Assembly: GCA_048939995.1 (NCBI GenBank)
Contig: JBHLOY010000004.1
Location: 64,001 to 128,000 of the forward strand
DNA length: 64,000 nucleotides
DNA from: Promethearchaeota archaeon
GTDB lineage: Archaea; Asgardarchaeota; Lokiarchaeia; Sigyniarchaeales; SOKP01
Reading direction: 5' to 3'
The translations under genes and the position numbers were made by a program. Of this stretch, positions 56,649 through 64,000 are shown one piece after another. The notes beneath the pieces are model-generated. The model saw nothing but the letters and a program-made list of their open reading frames with translations. It was not told the DNA's origin and ran no database searches. The stretch's first letter is position 1. Every line of letters begins with the position of its first letter.

Positions 56649-57977
56649 ATGCATAAAACTAAAGTAAAAATTCTAATACTCATCCTAATTATGGGATTAT
56701 CAATTTTTGCTTTTCCCTTAGGAGCTACGGCATGTAAAAAACCTAAGTTAAAATTACTGGCTGGAGCATCTTCATTACCAATAACACCAATGACCACACC
56801 TGAAGGGGTTCCTATAAATCCAGATGGATCGCCTGTTTTTCTTGCTGGATTTGGCAGTTTTGGAGATCGCCCCGCAGTAGCTGTTCATGATGATATCTAT
56901 GTTCGTTGTTTAATTTTAAATTATGGCGGAATTTCAATTGTACTCGTAGCACTTGACTTAATCGGATATGATATCGATCTAGTTGACGATATTAGACAAG
57001 AAATCGAGATGGAATATGGTATAGATGCGAATAATGTTATTATAGCTTGTACGCACACTCACTCTGGACCTGACACTTTAGGACTTTGGACCCCACCACT
57101 TCCAGATTGGGGAGTTAATTGGCCATATATGGAATATATCAAAAATCAAATTCTAGAATGTATCAGTCAATCTTATTATAATTTAGAAAAAGCTAGAATA
57201 CGATTTGCTGCAACCAGTGTTCCAGGATTGATGAAAAATGCCCGTGATCCAGGAAGAGTATATCCCAATTTAGATCTAATGAAAGTAGAGGACAAAAGGG
57301 GAAATACCATCTCTACAATGATCAATTATGCAGGTCACCCAGAAGTTCTTTGGTCTGATAATTTCGTTATAACTTCAGATTATGTCGGATATCTCCGTGA
57401 TAAGGTCGAAGAAAAACTTGGTGGAATTGCAATCTTCTTCAATGGCGCTTTAGGAGGGATGATTACTCCAGATGTAGAGGAACATAAATTTGAGGAAGCG
57501 AAAGAAATAGGCTATACACTTGCTGAAGCCACAATTAATGCCTTAAAGCCCCCCAGATGGGTCAAAAAAGCACCTCCTAAAATGGCTTTTAACGTGGAAA
57601 AAGAATTATTTTCAGTTCCTTTAGAAAATGAGCAATTTTACGGTGCAATGTTGATGGGTATACTTTCTAGAGGAGAACCTTGGTATGTTGATCATCCAGG
57701 AATGGGAATAATAACTACAGAAGTTAATCTAATTACTATCGGAAATGCTCAAATGATCACATTGCCTGGAGAAGTCTTACCTAGTATAGGTTTTCGTCTA
57801 AGAGAAGCTATGACTGGAAAATTTAAGTTTCAGATAGGACTAGGTAATGATGAGTTAGGTTATATTATCCCGGAGGATGAATGGGATATAACAGAGTATG
57901 AAGAATCGATGTCCATAGGTGTACAAACTGGTATTATGATGGAAGCTATCCTCTTGGAAATGCTTGAGGGAACTTGA
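56649..57977 (+). CDS. Secreted neutral/alkaline ceramidase-family (N-terminal domain) amidohydrolase
   Basis: Signal peptide; HDDIYVR, THTHSGP, NYAGHP, DYVG, GALG, LPGE and GYI motifs. Confidence 0.85.
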   Translation: MHKTKVKILILILIMGLSIFAFPLGATACKKPKLKLLAGASSLPITPMTTPEGVPINPDGSPVFLAGFGSFGDRPAVAVHDDIYVRCLILNYGGISIVLVALDLIGYDIDLVDDIRQEIEMEYGIDANNVIIACTHTHSGPDTLGLWTPPLPDWGVNWPYMEYIKNQILECISQSYYNLEKARIRFAATSVPGLMKNARDPGRVYPNLDLMKVEDKRGNTISTMINYAGHPEVLWSDNFVITSDYVGYLRDKVEEKLGGIAIFFNGALGGMITPDVEEHKFEEAKEIGYTLAEATINALKPPRWVKKAPPKMAFNVEKELFSVPLENEQFYGAMLMGILSRGEPWYVDHPGMGIITTEVNLITIGNAQMITLPGEVLPSIGFRLREAMTGKFKFQIGLGNDELGYIIPEDEWDITEYEESMSIGVQTGIMMEAILLEMLEGT

Positions 57978-58073
57978 GCAAATAAGAAAACACAAAATTA
58001 AATTTCTTTTTTTTTTTTTATAAATATTAGAAAAAAAATATATTTAATTTATTACCTAATCAACCAATTCGGT

Positions 58074-58271
58074 CTAAAGATCTCTTTCTTGAACAGTTTT
58101 TCTATTGTTTGCCTTAGCGCGTTCGACAGCCTTATTTAATAAATCAAGTAAGATGGCGTTTAACTTATTTCCATCGAGAACTTCTGATGCGGTATTACAG
58201 CCCTTACCTTTGATGTATTCCTTTACTTTGCTTTTTACGAAAAGAGTATCTTGTGTGGGTTTTTTAGCCAT
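58074..58271 (-). CDS. Histone-fold protein with truncated alpha3 (face-to-face type histone)
   Basis: LFVKSKVKEYI...AVERAKANNRKTVQERDL* with the RxTxxxxD motif at the extreme C-terminus; GGAGG SD. Confidence 0.88.
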   Translation of the reverse strand: MAKKPTQDTLFVKSKVKEYIKGKGCNTASEVLDGNKLNAILLDLLNKAVERAKANNRKTVQERDL

Positions 58272-58672
58272 TTTTTATTCCTCCTTTTATAATTTTAAAT
58301 TGTTTTGAAAATAAATTTGTATTTAAAATATAATTCTCTTAGCTTATATTTAAACTTAGTTGAAAAACCATCATAGAAGGTTAATATTATCAGTCTAGCC
58401 TTACTTTAAAAAAATCAATCTTTTAGGTGGTATACTATAAGATTTTAAATGTTTACAAATTTCTCAATAAAATTAGCCAATTACTCTGATTTAAATAGGT
58501 TCTAGATGAGTTTATTTTAAAACTTTTAAAAAGTATGTGTAGAGTTAAAAGAAACCAATCAAAAAATGAAGTAATGAGAGGTTGATACATTAAACGGTTT
58601 CATTATTATATTTTCTAATATTTTTTTAATTAAGTGTTTTACTCAATAATTTTTTAATTAGGATTAATTTGG

Positions 58673-60475
58673 ATGGAAACAATTTCTCTAAATGGAAAGT
58701 GGAAATGTAAGCCAGATTTTAATAATATTGGAATCTCTGAAAAGTGGTATAGTCCTAACAATTATAGCATAAATGATAATGAACTATTGGATATAGATAT
58801 TCCAAAAAGCTTTAATCTATTGAGGGGATTTGAGAATTTCGAGGGAATATTTTGGCATTTTTATCAATTTGATCTTAATGAAAAGCTAGACTTAGATAGT
58901 TATGTTTATAAACTTCGAATTAAAGGAAGCAACTATCACACGAAAGTTTGGCTAAATGGAAGTTTTCTAGGAGAGAATGATGGAGGTTTTCTTCCATTTT
59001 CTTTCAGACTGAAAGATACGATCCATCAACAAGAAAATCTTCTTATAATTCGAACTGAAAATTTACGAAGAAAAGAAAGACTACCGTCTCTTCATTTTGA
59101 TTGGTTAAATTGGGGTGGAATCTATAGGGACATTGACTTATTGATTTTAAGTAAAAGTAGAATAGAAAATGTGAAAATAAAGACGACTATTATTTCACAA
59201 AATAAGGCGAATATAGAGATTTATGTGAAAGCAATTGGTAGGGTATCTCTAATTTGGCAAGTATTAGATACAGATTTTACGACCCTTTTACATCAAGGAG
59301 AGGGTTCTGTATTTAATAGTGAGGATATGTTTTCTCTCTACATAAAGCATCCAAAACTATGGTCTCCTAATAAACCAAACTTATATTATTTAAAAATATA
59401 CTCCAATTCCCCTAATATTAACAAAACTACATTATTTGAAACTTATTTTGGAATCAGGCAAATTGAAGTTAAGGGTATAAACATTTATTTGAATAAAGAG
59501 AAGATAAAGTTAAAAGGAGTAAGCCTACATGAAGAGTACATGCCTTATGGAAGGACGATACCTTATGAAAAACGAAAAGAAGACATTTTAAATATCAAGG
59601 CCTTAGGATTTAACGCCATAAGAACCGCCCATTATCCACATGATGAAAGTATAGTAGAATTAGCTGATAAACTAGGGATTTTTATTTTGGAAGAAATCCC
59701 TGTTTATCAATATTGCGATTTCAAGAATGAAGATACTTTTAGATTAGCAATAAAAATGATTTATAAACTAATAAAGAGGGACTTTAATCATCCGAGTGTA
59801 ATTTGGTGGAGCGTTGGGAATGAAATCCCCGTACATCGCAGAGAGTGTGCAAAATTTATCATAAGATTAATGGAATTTGCACGAAAACTTGATGATACAA
59901 GAATAGTAACTTATGTTACTATGAAATTATCTCACGACTTTTTAAGAAGGTCTGCTGATGTTGCTACAATAAATACTTATTTTGGATGGTACTTTGGGAA
60001 TGTAAAGTTAATTAGCTTAGTTCTAGATACTATGAGAACACCGATATTTAACAAACCTTGGGTGTATACTGAATTTGGAGCAGGAGCAAAATATGGATTT
60101 CATGCTGATTGGAAAAAGCAAATAAGATTTAGTGAAGAGAAACAACTGTATGTGTTAGATTATACAATTAGAACGTTAAACTCAAAGAATTACATTGCAG
60201 GTTGGTTTATATGGATATATCGAGATTTTCGATCTCCAATTAGAACTTCAACTTATCAACAAGGCTATAATAGAAAAGGATTGGTAAGCGGTGAAAGAAA
60301 TGAAAAGAAGTTAATTTATCACCGATTTCCTAATTTAATTGACGATAAAAGAAAGATTTTTAATACTCAAGTACTAGGAATGATGATTTGGATAATCTTT
60401 TTTCCTTTTGTCTATTTTACATTTAGACACATTAACAGTTTTATTCATAAATTATACACTGCTAAAAAACTCTAA
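58673..60475 (+). CDS. GH2 glycoside hydrolase, probable beta-glucuronidase, with C-terminal TM segment
   Basis: DWLNWGGIYR, RTAHYP, WSVGNE (acid/base), YFGWY, TEFGA (nucleophile) and NRKG (NxK motif). Confidence 0.9.
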   Translation: METISLNGKWKCKPDFNNIGISEKWYSPNNYSINDNELLDIDIPKSFNLLRGFENFEGIFWHFYQFDLNEKLDLDSYVYKLRIKGSNYHTKVWLNGSFLGENDGGFLPFSFRLKDTIHQQENLLIIRTENLRRKERLPSLHFDWLNWGGIYRDIDLLILSKSRIENVKIKTTIISQNKANIEIYVKAIGRVSLIWQVLDTDFTTLLHQGEGSVFNSEDMFSLYIKHPKLWSPNKPNLYYLKIYSNSPNINKTTLFETYFGIRQIEVKGINIYLNKEKIKLKGVSLHEEYMPYGRTIPYEKRKEDILNIKALGFNAIRTAHYPHDESIVELADKLGIFILEEIPVYQYCDFKNEDTFRLAIKMIYKLIKRDFNHPSVIWWSVGNEIPVHRRECAKFIIRLMEFARKLDDTRIVTYVTMKLSHDFLRRSADVATINTYFGWYFGNVKLISLVLDTMRTPIFNKPWVYTEFGAGAKYGFHADWKKQIRFSEEKQLYVLDYTIRTLNSKNYIAGWFIWIYRDFRSPIRTSTYQQGYNRKGLVSGERNEKKLIYHRFPNLIDDKRKIFNTQVLGMMIWIIFFPFVYFTFRHINSFIHKLYTAKKL

Positions 60476-60552
60476 TATAAGCAATATTTCCTCCAAAAAT
60501 TTGTTTTTATTAAAAGTTGGTGCTTTTTATATTTTAGTAATAACAAAGAGAT

Positions 60553-61359
60553 ATGACTTTACCAGAGAACTCTTCAGTTATCTCAAAAATTAAAAGATCC
60601 TCTGAAATATTAAGTATTCATAATTTGCTTGTGTTTAATAGGTCTGGAATTTGCATTTATGGAATTAGCTTTACAGATGTTTTTAGACTAGAACAAGAGC
60701 AACTTATATCCTCTTTTTTTACAGCTCTTATGTCTTTTACAAAAGAATTAATAGGAGATAAAATAAAAACCCTAGAAATGGGTGGAGGAGTAAAACTCAT
60801 TATTCTCGAGAAAGGAACTCTTTACTATGCTCTATTATGTGATGTTCATGAAAATCCGATTATACTTGAAAGAATCATATCTAGAGTGAATGTAAAATTT
60901 ATGAAGTATGTCAAGAAAAATCATATTAAAACAGGAATAGAGTACATTTATGATGATCAATTAGACCAGATTATTAAACACATCATCAAAGAGATGTCCA
61001 GCAGTGATTATAATCTAGAAAAAGAAGATAAAGTGATCAAATATTTAAAAATGATTCAATCGAATGATGAGATAAGTGAATTAGTCTTTTTAACTGATGG
61101 AGGGAAAATTCTTTATTCTACTGCCAGAAATAAAATATCTTTAAAGAAAGTCTTGAAAGAAATAGATTTTAGGATCAAGATTTGTAATAATTCTATTTTA
61201 AAAATGTTTTATACATCCAAAGACAATGAGTTAATATTTTCAGAATATTTTAATGAGAATTATCTAATTATTTTAATATTTGATACTAAGACTAAATTTG
61301 GTGTAGCTGAATTTTATTTACATAAAATTGTAGCTAAAATCAGAGAATTATTAAATTAA
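60553..61359 (+). CDS. Longin-like plus roadblock/LC7-like two-domain protein
   Basis: N-terminal 'IHNLLVFNRSGICIY..LISSFFTALMSFTKEL..IKTLEM' (longin); C-terminal 'ISELVFLTDGGKILYST..YLIILIF..FGVAEF' (roadblock). Confidence 0.72.
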   Translation: MTLPENSSVISKIKRSSEILSIHNLLVFNRSGICIYGISFTDVFRLEQEQLISSFFTALMSFTKELIGDKIKTLEMGGGVKLIILEKGTLYYALLCDVHENPIILERIISRVNVKFMKYVKKNHIKTGIEYIYDDQLDQIIKHIIKEMSSSDYNLEKEDKVIKYLKMIQSNDEISELVFLTDGGKILYSTARNKISLKKVLKEIDFRIKICNNSILKMFYTSKDNELIFSEYFNENYLIILIFDTKTKFGVAEFYLHKIVAKIRELLN

Positions 61360-61480
61360 CTGTTTATTATTTTCCATTCATAGGTTGTTTTCAATTAATT
61401 TATGAATTATAAAAATGAAATTAAAATTTTATCTTTTCTTCACTTAAAATTAATTAACTAAAATCATTATAAGATATAAT

Positions 61481-61981
61481 ATGACAAAAACAGAAGAAGG
61501 ATTGAAAGAGGCTTTTGCTGGTGAATCTCAAGCAAACAGAAAATATTTAGCTTTCGCAAAAAAAGCAGAACAAGAGGGTTATCCTGGTGTAGCTTTACTA
61601 TTTAGAGCTGCTGCTGCTGCTGAAACAGTTCATGCCCACAATCATTTAAGAGCACTGGGTGGTATAAAATCCACAATGGAAAACTTAAAAGATGCTATCG
61701 GCGGTGAATTTTACGAATTCACTAAAATGTATCCTGAATTTATTAATTATGCCAAAGTGGAACAAATTAAAGATGCAGAAAGATCCTTTAATTATGCTAA
61801 TGAGGTAGAAAAAATTCATCATAAATTATATGAAAAAGCATTAAAATTAGTGGAACAAGGAGAAGATCTAATGGTTAAAGAGATGCACATATGTTCAGTT
61901 TGTGGATATACCCATGAAGGAGAACCCCCCGATAAATGTCCTGTTTGTGGGGCTGCAAAAAAGGCTTTTCAAAAAGTATAA
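61481..61981 (+). CDS. rbr: Rubrerythrin
   Basis: AFAGESQANRKY, ETVHA, EKIH and rubredoxin-type CSVCG..CPVCG. Confidence 0.95.
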   Translation: MTKTEEGLKEAFAGESQANRKYLAFAKKAEQEGYPGVALLFRAAAAAETVHAHNHLRALGGIKSTMENLKDAIGGEFYEFTKMYPEFINYAKVEQIKDAERSFNYANEVEKIHHKLYEKALKLVEQGEDLMVKEMHICSVCGYTHEGEPPDKCPVCGAAKKAFQKV

Positions 61982-61996
61982 TCCTTTTTTTTATTT

Positions 61997-63553
61997 TTAA
62001 ATATTCCAAGGTTTATATCCTGATTTTATTTTCAACAAATAATCATCAATTGAGAGCTTTAGCTCTTTTTCAGCCCTTCTCAAAGCTCCAGGAGTGGCTC
62101 CATAATAGTAATGTTTGATTAAAAGTTCAGAAATAGTCTCATCTCCTAAAGAAAAAATAGTTTGAACCCTAGCTTTCTTAACAATTTCTTTTAAATTTTG
62201 AAATTTCAATTTAATTGCTGGTATTTTTTTTAATTCACGTTCAAGTTTCTTATATTTATTAATTAATAACATTAAGTTTTGTGATAGAAAAGAATCTACT
62301 TCGTTTTCAAAGGGTGTATTAAATTTAGGTATAAAGGGATTGATATTAACTTTAAGTGAATTAAATTCAAATCCAAATTCAGAAACTTTTCTCAATAATT
62401 TAATTATTTGGGTAATATCTTCATCGGTTTCTTCAGGCAAACCAATTAGAAAATAAAATTTAACATTTCTAATTCTTGAATTTTCAATTAAATGAAGAAC
62501 GTCTAGTATTCTCTTATTTGAAATTTGCTTATTTAGTGAATATCTTAATGACTCAGTAGCAGTTTCTGGGGCGATCGTAACTGATTTGAAATTTGCTTTT
62601 TCAAAGATATTAATTATTTTTGGTGTTATATGGTCAATCCTAATTGAAGGAATACTTAATTTCTTTCCTTGATTTACAATAAATTCACATATTTCAGAAA
62701 ATTTAGGATGGGATGACACACAAGAACCAATAAACGAAATCTTTTCAAAATGAGAATATTCTATTGCTTCTTCCACGGTTTTTAAAATATTTTCATAACT
62801 TCTATTACGAAATGGAGAGTTATGGTATGAAGATATACAGAATTTACATTGAAAAGGACATCCTCTATTTATTTCGAGAAAGAAATTTTCTTCAAATACT
62901 TTTTTTTCCTCGTTTGATTTAGTAATAAATTGAAATATGGGAATGTGTGATTCATCTAGATTTTCTAAGGTTACTCTTTTTATCTTGTTCTTTAATTCAG
63001 GAATATATATTCCTTTTATTGATCTTAATTCCTTTAGAAATATATCAAAATCAGTTTTATTGGTTTTAAATTCTAAGAATTTGGCTAAAAATTGATTAAG
63101 GTTAGGCTCGCAGTCTCCAATAAAGAAAAGATCAAAAATTTTACTCAATGGTAGCGGATTTGAAGTTACAACATGACCTCCACCAATCATTAATGGATAA
63201 TTCCCTTTTCGTTCCTTGGAATAGAAGGGAATACTTCCTTTTTCTAATATCCACAATATATTTTTAAAATCATGTTCATCATGAATAGAAAATCCTAGAA
63301 TATCAAAATCTAGAAGTAATCTTTTATTTTCTATGCTCCTTATATCATTTGTAGAATAGTCTGAAGAAGCGGGGTATCTTACTTTTTTTGGGAGAAATAT
63401 TCTTTCACATACATAATTCTCATGAGAATTTATTAAATAATAAAGTAGTCTAATTGTATATGAGGACAAACCTAATTCATACTGGTTAGGAAACACTAAA
63501 CCAAATGATAGATCTACTTTTCTCCAATCTTTTTTAATAATAACTTCATTCAT
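61997..63553 (-). CDS. Radical SAM protein (TIGR03960/YgiQ-like)
   Basis: FPNQY.LG.S, NPLP, EINRGCPFQCKFC, TIAPE, YFLIGLPEE and FIPK.NTPF motifs. Confidence 0.88.
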   Translation of the reverse strand: MNEVIIKKDWRKVDLSFGLVFPNQYELGLSSYTIRLLYYLINSHENYVCERIFLPKKVRYPASSDYSTNDIRSIENKRLLLDFDILGFSIHDEHDFKNILWILEKGSIPFYSKERKGNYPLMIGGGHVVTSNPLPLSKIFDLFFIGDCEPNLNQFLAKFLEFKTNKTDFDIFLKELRSIKGIYIPELKNKIKRVTLENLDESHIPIFQFITKSNEEKKVFEENFFLEINRGCPFQCKFCISSYHNSPFRNRSYENILKTVEEAIEYSHFEKISFIGSCVSSHPKFSEICEFIVNQGKKLSIPSIRIDHITPKIINIFEKANFKSVTIAPETATESLRYSLNKQISNKRILDVLHLIENSRIRNVKFYFLIGLPEETDEDITQIIKLLRKVSEFGFEFNSLKVNINPFIPKFNTPFENEVDSFLSQNLMLLINKYKKLERELKKIPAIKLKFQNLKEIVKKARVQTIFSLGDETISELLIKHYYYGATPGALRRAEKELKLSIDDYLLKIKSGYKPWNI

Positions 63554-63588
63554 GAAATTTATCCAAAATTATAAAGAAAAATAAAAAA

Positions 63589-63999
63589 TTAAATATTTAC
63601 TTCTCGCTCTTGCTTAATTTTTTTAATTTCCTCAACTATTAATGGCAAAATGATTCCAGTCTTATTTCGAATCACAATTTCAGCTCTTTCGTCCAAAGGA
63701 GTTGGTTGATCGTTTACAATAATTAATTTGCCACCATCTCTTAAAGTATATAGAGGTAAATCACATATAGGAGCTACTTCTAAAGATGATCCCGCAATTA
63801 GCATAATATCTGCTTTCTGAGATAATGCTCGCGATTGAAATATTTCAAAATTAGGTAAACCCTCTCCAAATAAAACAACTGATGGTTTTAAAGGTGCTCC
63901 ACAATAATCACATAAAGGAGCCCCCTTTTTTTCTTTTTTAAGTTTTCTCATAATCTGATCTTTATTATATGAAGACTTACATCCAAGGCAATTAAATCG
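63589..63999 (-). CDS. cobB: Sir2/CobB NAD-dependent protein deacylase; 5' end runs off the window
   Basis: The frame continues upstream of the track start (RFNCLGCKSSY). Zn ribbon CxxC..CDYC, LKPSVVLFGE, GSSLEVAP and IVN..PT..D motifs. Confidence 0.92.
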   Translation of the reverse strand, partial: RFNCLGCKSSYNKDQIMRKLKKEKKGAPLCDYCGAPLKPSVVLFGEGLPNFEIFQSRALSQKADIMLIAGSSLEVAPICDLPLYTLRDGGKLIIVNDQPTPLDERAEIVIRNKTGIILPLIVEEIKKIKQEREVNI

Positions 64000-64000
64000 A

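Noticed and set aside
1-64000. CRISPR arrays, rRNA, transposases, selenoprotein UGA read-through
   Set aside because: I saw no spaced direct repeats, long GC-rich RNA genes or transposase motifs. TGA-terminated genes end at plausible C-termini, and the one internal stop found is TAA.

Overview
AT-rich, gene-dense archaeal chromosomal segment, almost certainly from an Asgard archaeon of the Lokiarchaeia (Promethearchaeia). The assignment rests on an ESCRT-II/Vps4/ESCRT-III locus, Rab-like small GTPases, a longin-roadblock fusion, LRR proteins, intron-containing archaeal tRNAs and GGTGA-type Shine-Dalgarno motifs. I see about 58 CDSs, two intron-containing tRNA genes (Gly-GCC, Val-GAC) and one gene broken by an in-frame TAA. 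I found no rRNA, CRISPR array or transposase. Most notable: (1) a nine-gene candidate glycolipid or surface-glycan tailoring cluster at 10.2-19.5 kb (CDP-alcohol phosphotransferase, three GT2s, orphan LuxE, radical SAM, hydrolase, membrane acyltransferase, deacetylase); (2) a membrane-anchored TIR protein whose C-terminus resembles a beta-COP/adaptin appendage platform, close to the ESCRT/Rab genes; (3) a Rab-like GTPase-LRR-multipass membrane fusion; (4) three genes, including vps4 and nop2, that appear to start at ATC/ATA codons placed correctly behind SD motifs; (5) a nickel locus whose NikR has a His-rich insertion. All family assignments come from motif recognition by eye; no database searches were run. 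Several starts were adjusted from the ORF track using SD position.
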